This document shows positions 18,815 to 28,555 of a stretch of DNA of 64,000 nucleotides, piece after piece. The stretch comes from Nitrospirota bacterium. GTDB taxonomy: Bacteria; Nitrospirota; Thermodesulfovibrionia; Thermodesulfovibrionales; Dissulfurispiraceae. Below the pieces are notes generated by a model. It was not told the DNA's origin and did no database searches. It worked only from the letters and a program-made list of their open reading frames with translations. Made by a program: the position numbers and the translations under genes. The stretch lies in assembly GCA_963710375.1 (NCBI GenBank), contig CAVPZX010000002.1, positions 256,001 through 320,000 of the forward strand, read 5' to 3'. Every line of letters begins with the position of its first letter. Position 1 is the first letter of the stretch.

Positions 18815-20731
18815 CTAAACAATAGGAATCATCGGCCTTTCGATAACCTTCCATTCCTTCTTATCGACATCATACTTCACGTTTACAAAGTGCTTCTGTC
18901 CCTCATCCAGTTTCAAATAATCGAACTTATAGTAATAGCCGGGCCATCTGGATTCTTTCCTCGCCAGCCTGGTTCTTACACATGATTCGCCGACCCAATA
19001 TCTGTGTATTGCCTCCCATGCCCTCATCAACTCATGGAGGTTCTTGGCGCCAATCTTCTCCGTATCCTCTCCGCAGAATGACAATTTCCAGATGGCGGCC
19101 TCGAGCATCTTGTCATTTGTCCCGTACAATGTCTCCCATCCGCCTGCATATTCTCCCATTATCTTCTGCAGCCTGAACAGGAAACCATTTGGAGAAATAA
19201 AGTTGGGATTCACATCCGTCGAGGTGGTAAATGCATATTTCTCTCTAAACAGGGTGAGCGGCCTGAACACTATTTCCTTGAGTTTTTTTATAGTGGCATC
19301 GGATACTGTCGGCGTATAGTCTTTATTGTCATTGGCAAACCTGATCGCAGACTTTGCACAAATCCTTCCCTGCGCATGAGAGCCGCTCGAGAACTTATGT
19401 GCACATGCCCCTACTCCGCAACCCGATGTAAATAAACCCTTGACTGTCGTCATTAAGTTATATTTGACAGGGAATGCATCCTTGTATTCTGCCGGCATAA
19501 GATCTTCCGCACCGCAAACCCATGCGCCGGTTGAACTGGCATGAGAACCAATGAAGACAGAATCCGACAACTGAAGCTCCATAGGTTTTTCCAACGGGTC
19601 GATATTATGGGCAGCCCAGTTTGTAGCGCCTGCTATTGTCATATCGAGGAAGTCTTCCCACGCTTCTGACTCGTACTCTCTTATCTTCTTCTTAAGTTCC
19701 TTTGCATCCGTTATCTCCTTCTTGTACCTATCAACGACCCTGTTCGTATGCATAAGAAACGGCGTCTTGCCTTCCTTTGAGCAGAGTATCATCTCGTAGT
19801 TTCTCACAGGAGTCGGACAGGGCTTCGCCTTTGCATAGGGTGCCCACTTTGAGGTCTCGGAATCATACCCGCCGACATACGCCTCGTCATAGGCATTTGT
19901 TGCCGGCGTCTTAAAGAGCAGGAAGAACGTTCCGACAGGACCATATGAGTCCTTGAATCTCGGCGGGACAAAAGTGACATCCATCTGAGTAAGCTCACCG
20001 CCGGCCTGCAGTGTGAGTGCATAAGTCGATCCTCCGAGCCATGGCGGCATCCAGGACCTCCCAAAGCCTTCACCCTGAGACCTCGGCCTGAATACATGGA
20101 CGGCGCCGCCCAATATACAGATAACTACCTTTCCCTTGAAAACATAAAATTTGTCTTCCCTGACACTGAAACCAACCGCACCACATACTCTGTCAGGCTC
20201 TTTCTCGTCTTTGAGGAGGTGTGTTATGTAAACTCTTTCAATCAGCCGGCCCTTATCGCCGAGTGAGCCCAATGCATTCTTAGCCGCCTCAGCCACGATG
20301 ATCTTGTAGCTCTCGCCGGATATCATGACCTGCCATTCACCTGATTTTTTAAAATTCCCCGCCTCATCTTTCCATATGGGGAGTCCCCATTTTTCAAAGA
20401 GCTTAACCGACGAATCCACATGCCGTCCGACATCGAAGACGAGGTCTTGCCTTGCCAAACCCATCTGGTCGTTGGTCACATACTCGGCATACCTTGCCGG
20501 AGTGCTCTTATTCGCTGTAACCTTCCCGTCCAATCCCATATACGTATTAATGGCGGAAAGGCCCATGGCCACGGGACCGCTTCTGTCAATGGCAGCCTTC
20601 TCCACAAGTGTCACCCTCATACCAAGCGCCTTTGCCCAGTATGCAGCCTCAACTGCAGCGCCGCAGCCGGCCATTCCACCACCGAGTATCAACACATCGG
20701 TTTCAACAACTTCTGTTGGAATATCAGACAT
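18815..20731 (-). CDS. aprA: Adenylylsulfate reductase alpha subunit
   Basis: GGGMAGCG, RSGPVAMGLSAINTY, WQVMISGESYK, HKFSSGSH, ESRWPGYY. Confidence 0.96.
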   Translation of the reverse strand: MSDIPTEVVETDVLILGGGMAGCGAAVEAAYWAKALGMRVTLVEKAAIDRSGPVAMGLSAINTYMGLDGKVTANKSTPARYAEYVTNDQMGLARQDLVFDVGRHVDSSVKLFEKWGLPIWKDEAGNFKKSGEWQVMISGESYKIIVAEAAKNALGSLGDKGRLIERVYITHLLKDEKEPDRVCGAVGFSVREDKFYVFKGKVVICILGGAVHVFRPRSQGEGFGRSWMPPWLGGSTYALTLQAGGELTQMDVTFVPPRFKDSYGPVGTFFLLFKTPATNAYDEAYVGGYDSETSKWAPYAKAKPCPTPVRNYEMILCSKEGKTPFLMHTNRVVDRYKKEITDAKELKKKIREYESEAWEDFLDMTIAGATNWAAHNIDPLEKPMELQLSDSVFIGSHASSTGAWVCGAEDLMPAEYKDAFPVKYNLMTTVKGLFTSGCGVGACAHKFSSGSHAQGRICAKSAIRFANDNKDYTPTVSDATIKKLKEIVFRPLTLFREKYAFTTSTDVNPNFISPNGFLFRLQKIMGEYAGGWETLYGTNDKMLEAAIWKLSFCGEDTEKIGAKNLHELMRAWEAIHRYWVGESCVRTRLARKESRWPGYYYKFDYLKLDEGQKHFVNVKYDVDKKEWKVIERPMIPIV

Positions 20732-20746
20732 TTTCTTCCCCCTTTC

Positions 20747-21193
20747 CTATTTCTTAATTGTTGAGAGTTCAGTAACTCCCATTAAACTCGGCTCCCCGAG
20801 CATGAACTCATTATTCAAATCAGCCGCCTTTGCCGCGGGAAATCCCTCGTCTGCCTTTATCGAACCCTCCGGGGTGGTCCTGGTCGGATACTTAAACCTC
20901 TTTATCCTTCCGTCCCTGTATGTGATTGTCCACATGATGTCCTCAGTTCCTCTCAAAGGTGTTGATGCGGCGCCGAGAGGCATAAAGTCAGAATATCCCC
21001 TGACATCCATAGCCTGCTGCGGACATATCTTTACACAACAGTAGCATTCCCAGCAGTACATAGGCTCCTGGTTATATGCCTTCATTCTTTCTTTGTCCAG
21101 CGCCATCAGATCGTTGGGGCATATATACATGCATGCAGTCTTATCCTGCCCCTTGCAGCCGTCACATTTTTCAGTCATTACAAAACTCGGCAT
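20747..21193 (-). CDS. aprB: Adenylylsulfate reductase beta subunit
   Basis: MPSFV..EKCDGCKGQDKTACMYICPNDLM, CWECYCCVKICP. Confidence 0.96.
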   Translation of the reverse strand: MPSFVMTEKCDGCKGQDKTACMYICPNDLMALDKERMKAYNQEPMYCWECYCCVKICPQQAMDVRGYSDFMPLGAASTPLRGTEDIMWTITYRDGRIKRFKYPTRTTPEGSIKADEGFPAAKAADLNNEFMLGEPSLMGVTELSTIKK

Positions 21194-21300
21194 AACTAAA
21201 ACCTCCTTTGTTTTTTATTGATAATGCTTAACTCACCATCACTGCATAAACATGATGATCTTCCTTAAGTCCTTGTTGACACCCCCTTTCATTAAACTGC

Positions 21301-21374
21301 AGGTTAAGGTCAAGGTCGAGGTTGAGGTCAAAGGCATCTCATTCTTTACTTAACCTTTACCTCAACCTTTACCT
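21301..21374. repeat. Hexamer tandem-repeat hairpin between sat and aprB
   Basis: AGGTTA AGGTCA AGGTCG AGGTTG AGGTCA ... TAACCT TTACCT CAACCT TTACCT. Confidence 0.8.
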
Positions 21375-21379
21375 GATTC

Positions 21380-22588
21380 TTATTTTTTCTCCCCTTCCGC
21401 ATATTTGTGGAGTTTTATCTCTACCTTCTCGGTAAGGCCAGCATAGTATTCTCTGAGAATAGTGAGAACTTCCGGACGGCTGAACTTATGTGTAACTTCT
21501 TCGCCTTCCGAAAGCATCTTTCTCAGCTTAGTGCCGCTGAGGAGTATCCGATCATCTTTCCCATGCGGACAGGTCTTCATCGAGGCCATCCCTTCGCACT
21601 TATCGCAGTAGAAGGTCCAGTCGATGTTGAGTGGTTTGGTTTCGAGTGCGTCCTTGGGTATCTCATCAAAGATTTTCTGAGCATCGAACGGGCCATAATA
21701 CTCGCCCACGCCTGCATGGTCGCGACCGACGATCAGGTGACTGCAGCCGTAGTTCTGCCTGAAAACTGCGTGCAGAAGCGCTTCTCTCGGGCCTGCATAG
21801 CGCATATCGAGAGGATAGCCTCCCACCATGACAGTGTTCTTGACGAAATACTTCTCGACGAGCACGTCGATACATTTCTGGCGGACATCCGACGGGATAT
21901 CCCCTGGTTTAAGCTTGCCCAGAAGCATGTGGATGTAAACGCCATCGCACACTTCGACAGCGATTTTCGCTAGAAATTCGTGTGAACGGTGCATCGGATT
22001 TCTTGTCTGGAATGCGGCGACCCTGCTCCATTTATTTGTTTCGAACGCCTTTCTGGTTTCGGCAGGTCTCTGGTATATTGCAGGGTACTCTGTCGGGAAG
22101 GTCCCCTCACTGAGCACCTTCACCGGTCCAGCCAGGTTGGTGTCAGCCTGTGCCATGACCATTTTTACGCCAGGATGCTCGGTATCGGTGGTTCTGAACA
22201 CCTGTTTGCATTCGTAGTTTTTGTCAATCTTGTATGCCTCAGTGACCTTCATAGTAGCCATGATTTCGCCGAACTCTTCCGAATACAGAGCGATTTCGTC
22301 GCCTACTTTCACAGCTTCACTGGTGGAAACGGTGATTGGAATCGGCCAGAATGTGCCGTCGGCCATCTTGTATTCCGCGCACACGCCTTTCCAGTCTTTT
22401 TCACCCATAAAACCGGTAAGGGGTGTAAAACCGCCGATACCCATCATAATAAGGTCACCAGTTTCGCGCGAGGATATATTGATCTTCTTGAGCCCCGCAG
22501 CTCTTTTCTTCTCTGCTTCCAGCTCTTTGCCGGTAAGGAGAAGAGGTTTTAATTTTTTCTCTTTCCCGTGCGGATTCACTAATGCCAT
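21380..22588 (-). CDS. sat: Sulfate adenylyltransferase
   Basis: [33 protein letters not shown]-terminal zinc site, LSGTKLR. Confidence 0.97.
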   Translation of the reverse strand: MALVNPHGKEKKLKPLLLTGKELEAEKKRAAGLKKINISSRETGDLIMMGIGGFTPLTGFMGEKDWKGVCAEYKMADGTFWPIPITVSTSEAVKVGDEIALYSEEFGEIMATMKVTEAYKIDKNYECKQVFRTTDTEHPGVKMVMAQADTNLAGPVKVLSEGTFPTEYPAIYQRPAETRKAFETNKWSRVAAFQTRNPMHRSHEFLAKIAVEVCDGVYIHMLLGKLKPGDIPSDVRQKCIDVLVEKYFVKNTVMVGGYPLDMRYAGPREALLHAVFRQNYGCSHLIVGRDHAGVGEYYGPFDAQKIFDEIPKDALETKPLNIDWTFYCDKCEGMASMKTCPHGKDDRILLSGTKLRKMLSEGEEVTHKFSRPEVLTILREYYAGLTEKVEIKLHKYAEGEKK

Positions 22589-22648
22589 CTTAAATGTCCT
22601 CCTATTTAGTGGTTTATATACCTTAACATTGTGTCAACTAGGAATCAC

Positions 22649-23296
22649 TTATTTAATTCCGAGGGCCCCGCAAACCTTTCCGAATATTTGATCGATGCTT
22701 CCAGTGCCGGGAACTGACTTCAAAATACCTTTTTTACCATAATAGTCTATGAGGGGTGCAGTCTGAGCGGTATAAACCTCAAGTCTCTTCTTGATCGTTT
22801 CTTCTTTATCATCATCCCTCTGGAAGAGTTCACCTCCGCATTTATCGCAGGTTTTATCTTTTGCCGGACGATTAAAATAGATGTTGTACATCTGACCGCA
22901 CGCCTTGCATGTCCTTCTGCCGGTAAGCCTTTTCATAAGATCCTCAAAGGGGACATCTACGCTGAGTGCAGCAGTAAGCGGCAGGGCTAAAGAAGACAGC
23001 ATTGCATCCAGCGCCTCCGCCTGTTTTGTATTCCTGGGAAAACCGTCCAGTATATACCCCTTTTTGCAGTCGTCCTTACCCAGTCTTTCCTTAACCATTC
23101 CCAGGACAACGCTGTCGGGAACGAGTTCACCTTTGTCCATGTGTGATTTGGCCTCCTTGCCAAGGGCAGAGCCTGTGGCCACCGCTGCTCTCAGTAGATC
23201 GCCAGTCGAAATCTGCGGGATGGGATATTTTTCGATGATTTTTTTTGCCTGGGTGCCCTTACCCGCTCCAGGGGCGCCGAGAAGTACTATTCTCAT
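22649..23296 (-). CDS. adk: Adenylate kinase
   Basis: GAPGAGKGTQ, LDGFPR, zinc-finger LID CKAC..CDKC. Confidence 0.96.
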   Translation of the reverse strand: MRIVLLGAPGAGKGTQAKKIIEKYPIPQISTGDLLRAAVATGSALGKEAKSHMDKGELVPDSVVLGMVKERLGKDDCKKGYILDGFPRNTKQAEALDAMLSSLALPLTAALSVDVPFEDLMKRLTGRRTCKACGQMYNIYFNRPAKDKTCDKCGGELFQRDDDKEETIKKRLEVYTAQTAPLIDYYGKKGILKSVPGTGSIDQIFGKVCGALGIK

Positions 23297-23446
23297 TAGG
23301 AGAACCTCCGATAAAAGTTTTTTAAATTCAGTAAAACAATATAAGGTACTCTATGGGGTTATTTAAAGCAATTTTAAAATTATAATCATCACATTAAAAT
23401 TCTTTATATAATTTGCCAGGAGTTCAGAAACACGAAGAAATTTTGG

Positions 23447-24040
23447 TTATGAAACAAAGTGTTCCCAATAATCCCTTAATTGCTCCAGCGCCTTTTTTCT
23501 ATGGCTCAGCAGATCTTTTTCTTCAGGGAGCACTTCGGCAAAGGTTTTTCGGTGGTCTTGAGGATAGAATAAAGGGTCATATCCAAAACCCGATCTGCCG
23601 CATTCTTGTCGCCCGATAGTGCCCTCGGAAAATCCGGTGAATGTCCTTACTGTGCCGTTGGGCAGGGCGAAAGCAATGCAGCATACAAAACGCGCCCCCC
23701 GCTTCCCATCAGGAAGGTGCTGCATTGCTGCAAGCAGCTTCTCATTATTGGCCCTGTCGTCCGCATCCGGTCCGGCATAACGCGCAGACAGGATGCCCGG
23801 TGCACCTTGTAACTCGTATACTTCAAGCCCGGAGTCATCGGCAATCGCGGCCTTGCCAGTACAGCGAGCAACCGTTAAAGCCTTTTTGACCGCATTGCCT
23901 TCAAATGTATCCGCATCCTCCTCCACTTCCGGACAGGAGGGAAAGTCATCCTGGGTAAGAAAAACAATCCCGATACCTTTGAAAATCCTGCTTATTTCTT
24001 CGACTTTTTTCCTGTTTCTTGTCGCAAGCACGACTTCCAT
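23447..24040 (-). CDS. rdgB: XTP/dITP diphosphatase (Ham1)
   Basis: ATRNRKK, ADDSGL, GFGYDPLF, SHR; start uncertain. Confidence 0.93.
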   Translation of the reverse strand: MEVVLATRNRKKVEEISRIFKGIGIVFLTQDDFPSCPEVEEDADTFEGNAVKKALTVARCTGKAAIADDSGLEVYELQGAPGILSARYAGPDADDRANNEKLLAAMQHLPDGKRGARFVCCIAFALPNGTVRTFTGFSEGTIGRQECGRSGFGYDPLFYPQDHRKTFAEVLPEEKDLLSHRKKALEQLRDYWEHFVS

Positions 24041-24192
24041 ACTGGTGAACATAGCTTGTTCATCCTTTTTTGTCAAGTTTTTTGTTTTGCAGAGATACCT
24101 TTACAGATTATACGGTCATATGCTAACCTTATTAGCGTTCAATAATGTTTCTGTAGCAAGATAAATTCGATGAAAAGAAAGGTGGTGATTCA

Positions 24193-24463
24193 ATGTCACT
24201 GGACACAGAAAAGAAAAAAGGAACTCATAGAATCCTTTAAAGTTCATGATAATGACACAGGGTCGCCGGAGGTGCAGATAGCACTGCTCACGGAAAGGAT
24301 TACCTATCTCACAGAACACTTTAAGTCTCATGTTAAGGACCATCATTCAAGGCGTGGGCTTTTAAAGCTTGTATCTCAAAGGAAAAAGCTTCTTAATTAT
24401 CTTAGGACTACCGACAAAATCCGCCATGACAAGGTAATAGAACGCCTGGGACTCAGAAAGTAA
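24193..24463 (+). CDS. rpsO: 30S ribosomal protein S15 with a +1 insertion in an A-run near the start
   Basis: ATG TCA CTG GAC ACA GAA AAG then one extra [24 protein letters not shown]; 271 = 270+1 nt. Confidence 0.93.
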
Positions 24464-24514
24464 AACATACGCCTCGGCAACGCTGAAATTCAAATAAGGA
24501 GACTGATAAAAACT

Positions 24515-26635
24515 TTGGTTACTAATGTAGAGCTTGAGATAAGAGGGAAAAGCCTGGTTCTGGAAACAGGGCTTATGGCAAAACAATCGGGTGGGGCTGT
24601 GGTCGTAAGATACGGAGATACCGTTGTCCTTGCCACAGCAGTTGCGGATAAAAGAGTGAAAGAAGGTCTGGACTTCTTTCCTCTCACGATAGATTATCAG
24701 GAAAAGACTTTCTCAGCCGGGAAAATACCGGGAGGCTTTTTCAAAAGAGAGGGGAAACCTTCTGAAAAAGAAGTTCTGACCTCACGCCTCATTGACCGCC
24801 CCATGAGACCTCTGTTCCCTAAAGGGTTCTATTCAGAAACCCAGGGTATAGTTTCGGTCCTGTCTTACGGAGATGAAAATATTTCGGACATGCTGGGCAT
24901 AATAGGCATGTCCGCTGCAGTGCACATATCGGATATACCTTTTAACGGTCCCGTGGGCGCAGTGCGCGTTGGGAGGCTCAACGGCGCGCTCATCATCAAC
25001 CCGGATCTGACTGAAATTGAGGGAGTGGACCTCAATTTGGTGGTGGCCGGGACCGCAGATGCAGTAATAATGGTCGAAGGCGGCGGCGCCGAAGTTTCAG
25101 AGGCCGCATTCCTCGAGGCCATTGCCTTTGCTCATGACGAAATCAAAAGAATCGTTACTCTGCAAAACGAATTGCAGCGGATGACGGGAAAAGCAAAGAG
25201 GCCGGTTGCTCCTGTCCAGGAGCCTGTTGAACTCAAAAAGGTAGTCAGAGAATATGTAGCAGATAGACTAAAGGAAGCGATACGTATACCGGGCAAGCAT
25301 AGCAGGCAGGAAGCGCTCAACCTGATACTTGAAGATACCATTAAGCAATTAAACATTCCTGAAAAAGCCGAAAATCTGTGCGGCAATGCCCAAAAAGACC
25401 TTACCAGGGACATTGCAAACATTTTCGACGATTATGAAAAGGAAATCGTCAGGAATATGATACTCCAGGAAGGGGTACGGGCAGATAACAGAAGACCGGA
25501 CGAGATTAGACAGATTTCATGCACGTTAGGCTTTTTACCAAGGACGCATGGTTCCGCTCTGTTTACCAGAGGCGAAACGCAAGCGCTTGTGGCATCGACC
25601 CTCGGCACTGCAGATGATGAGCAGAAAATAGATTCCCTGGAAGGTGAAATGTATAAAACCTTTATGCTGCACTACAATTTCCCACCGTTCAGTGTAGGAG
25701 AGGTAAAACCGTTGCGTTCACCTGGCAGGAGAGAAATAGGGCACGGTGCGCTGGCAGAGCGTGCCCTTAAATATGTACTGCCCTCTAAAGACGTCTTCCC
25801 CTACACTATAAGAGTGGTTTCTGATATTCTTGAATCAAACGGATCTTCTTCGATGGCGACCGTTTGCGGGGCAACGCTTTCGTTGATGGACGCAGGTGTG
25901 CCAATAACCGCCCCTGTAGCTGGTATAGCGATGGGTCTCGTGAAGGAAAAAGATCAGGCGGTGGTCCTCACCGACATCCTTGGGCTGGAAGATCATCTGG
26001 GTGACATGGATTTCAAGGTCGCAGGAACTGAAACCGGTATCACGGCCTTTCAAATGGATGTTAAAATCGGCGGTGTCAGCCAGGACATAATGCAAAAAGC
26101 CCTTGAACAGGCCCGCATCGGGAGACTTCATATAATAGGTAAAATGAAAGAGGCGATGCCCTCGCCCCGTCAGAATTTATCGCCCCATGCTCCGCGGATA
26201 TACACCATGCAGATAAGGCAGGAAAAAATACGTGATGTGATCGGAACCGGCGGAAAGGTCATTCGCGGCATCATAGAACAGACGGGAGTCAAAATAGACA
26301 TCAACGATGCCGGCATTATTAATATCGCATCCTCTGATGAGGCATCAGCGCAAAAGGCGATAGACATTATAAACGGTATTATCGCTGAAGCAGAGCTGAA
26401 TAAAATATACATGGGAAAGGTAGTTAGAATAGCAGATTTCGGAGCCTTCGTGGAGATTCTTCCCGGAGTGGACGGCCTCCTGCACATATCTCAAATTTCC
26501 GACAAGCGCATTGCCAAAGTCACCGACGAGATTAACCTTGGTGACGAAGTGCTGGTCAAAGTGATCGAGATAGATGGTCAGGGAAGAGTGCGGCTCAGCA
26601 GAAAAGAAGCGATGAAAGAACAACAGAAGAGTTAA
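24515..26635 (+). CDS. pnp: Polyribonucleotide nucleotidyltransferase
   Basis: RREIGHGALA, ESNGSSSMA, DMDFKVAGT, KH and S1 domains. Confidence 0.97.
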   Translation: MVTNVELEIRGKSLVLETGLMAKQSGGAVVVRYGDTVVLATAVADKRVKEGLDFFPLTIDYQEKTFSAGKIPGGFFKREGKPSEKEVLTSRLIDRPMRPLFPKGFYSETQGIVSVLSYGDENISDMLGIIGMSAAVHISDIPFNGPVGAVRVGRLNGALIINPDLTEIEGVDLNLVVAGTADAVIMVEGGGAEVSEAAFLEAIAFAHDEIKRIVTLQNELQRMTGKAKRPVAPVQEPVELKKVVREYVADRLKEAIRIPGKHSRQEALNLILEDTIKQLNIPEKAENLCGNAQKDLTRDIANIFDDYEKEIVRNMILQEGVRADNRRPDEIRQISCTLGFLPRTHGSALFTRGETQALVASTLGTADDEQKIDSLEGEMYKTFMLHYNFPPFSVGEVKPLRSPGRREIGHGALAERALKYVLPSKDVFPYTIRVVSDILESNGSSSMATVCGATLSLMDAGVPITAPVAGIAMGLVKEKDQAVVLTDILGLEDHLGDMDFKVAGTETGITAFQMDVKIGGVSQDIMQKALEQARIGRLHIIGKMKEAMPSPRQNLSPHAPRIYTMQIRQEKIRDVIGTGGKVIRGIIEQTGVKIDINDAGIINIASSDEASAQKAIDIINGIIAEAELNKIYMGKVVRIADFGAFVEILPGVDGLLHISQISDKRIAKVTDEINLGDEVLVKVIEIDGQGRVRLSRKEAMKEQQKS

Positions 26636-26659
26636 GCGCTATGGGCTCGATGCTTAACG

Positions 26660-27926
26660 ATGTTCACTAAACGATATCTCGATAACGGCATTCCAGTGGT
26701 AATGGAGCAGGCTGAAGAACTACAGCTCCGTTATTATCGGCATATGGGTAAAGGTCGGCTCCCGTAATGAAACCCCGGATAAAAACGGTATCTCGCATTT
26801 CCTCGAGCACATGTTCTTTAAAGGAACAAAAAAGCGCTCCGCAACTGACATCGCTGTTGACATCGACTCGCTTGGAGGAGACCTCAACGCCTTCACATCG
26901 AGGGAAAATACCGTATTTTATGTAAAAATCCTCGATGAATATATCGACAAGGGTATTGAATTACTGAGCGATATTTTCCTGCATTCTACTTTCCTGGCAG
27001 AGGAGGTTGAGAAAGAAAAAGGCGTCATAAAAGAAGAGATAAAGCTTGTTGAAGATACACCTGACGACCATATCCACGACCTGTTCAGTCAAACCGTTTG
27101 GGGCGATACGGGTCTCGGACAACCGGTGCTTGGGCGGCGGGAGACCATAAAGTCATTTACCCGTGAAGACCTGGCATTCCATGTAAAAAAATATTACGGC
27201 ACCTCCGATACCGTAGTGTCATGCGCAGGCAACTTTAACCCGGACACCGTTATGGGCCTCCTCAACCACCATCTCGGATCACTGAGGAGAGGCTCTGAAC
27301 CGGAGCTATTTTCACCGCCCAGATTTAAGGCCGATGTAGCGCTCTTTCCCAAAGACCTTTCAGAAACGCACATATGTGTAGGCGTCGAAGCTCCCCCCTT
27401 CGCCAGCGAGGACCGCTATGCTATCAGCATCCTGAATACCATTCTCGGCTCCAGTGTCAGTTCGAGGCTATTTCAGGAGGTCCGTGAAAAAAAGGGGTTT
27501 GCCTATTCCATTTATTCGTTTTCATCATCTTATATAGACACAGGCTTCTGGGCTGTTTATGCCGGCACCGGCCGTAAAAGGGCGCTCACTGTCACAGAGC
27601 TGATTATAAAGGAGATGCTGGGGCTGTATTCGTCAATTACCGACATAGAATTAAGGAGGGCAAAGGACCAGTTAAAAGGCAATATTGTACTGGGACTAGA
27701 GTTGACGAGCAGCAGGATGCAGAGTATAGCCCGCCAGGAAATATATTTCGGCAGGAATTTCAGCCAGAGCGAAATTATGAAAGCAATAGAATCGGTGACT
27801 ATGGAACAGGTAAAGGACCTCTCTTACCGGCTGGTCAATAGCAGCAATATGTGCCTGACCATCCTCGGCCGATTAAAAGAAGAGGAGTTTAAAGACATCT
27901 TAACCACTGGAAGAGCAGTCGCTTAG
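26660..27926 (+). CDS. M16 family zinc peptidase with a +1 insertion near the start
   Basis: MFTKRYLDNGIPVVMEQ, then a frameshift to GISHFLEHMFFKG (HxxEH); 1267 = 1266+1 nt; usual pnp neighbour. Confidence 0.9.
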
Positions 27927-27994
27927 CGCGGTTCTGACCACCTATTCCTATTCAAACTTGCCCGCTGTTCCGGTCAAGCAGTCTTTCTTATCAT

Positions 27995-28261
27995 TTACTT
28001 TCCCGACTGGAGTATTTCTTTTTCGACACCCTTAGCAAGTAACAGGCGTATATATGCATTATATGATATCCCTCTTTTTCTTGATAGCATCTTCAGTTTT
28101 TTCAAAACAAGCGGATCGAATTTCAATGTCACTGGTGTGAGCTTCGGTCGTTTGAACGTATCAGTGCTTTCCTCAAGATCTTCCCAGTATTCCGATATCG
28201 AATGTTTCTCCCAAAAAATTATCTCTTCTTCCTGTGTCCTAAAAGTTGGCAGCTTCTTCAT
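27995..28261 (-). CDS. CopG/BrnA-like antitoxin, no intact toxin seen
   Basis: MKKLPTFRTQEEEIIFWEKHS; C-terminal RHH-like RGISYNAYIRLLL. Confidence 0.75.
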   Translation of the reverse strand: MKKLPTFRTQEEEIIFWEKHSISEYWEDLEESTDTFKRPKLTPVTLKFDPLVLKKLKMLSRKRGISYNAYIRLLLAKGVEKEILQSGK

Positions 28262-28555
28262 TATATTATTTTCCCGAAAAGATATTGCTATTGTCAATAT
28301 CTTCAAAAATAATTTTCTCTATGCTTTATCAAGGGATTCTATTCCTGACTGACCATTACCTAAGAGCTGAGCACATATGCGTGGTAACAAGACGAGAAAA
28401 GAAAATTGACAAAACAGTCAAATTATGCTTATTGCAATAATGGTGATAGAATTTAAATATACTATAAAAATATTAACAAACCTAAATGACGTCGCGATGC
28501 TTTTGACTTGAATGTTCCCAGGAGTACGAATAACAAGTAACAGGAGGTAGCTGCA

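Noticed and set aside
24193..24230. Programmed frameshifting in rpsO
   Set aside because: Not known for S15; the extra base is in a homopolymer and matches four other +1 indels in the window
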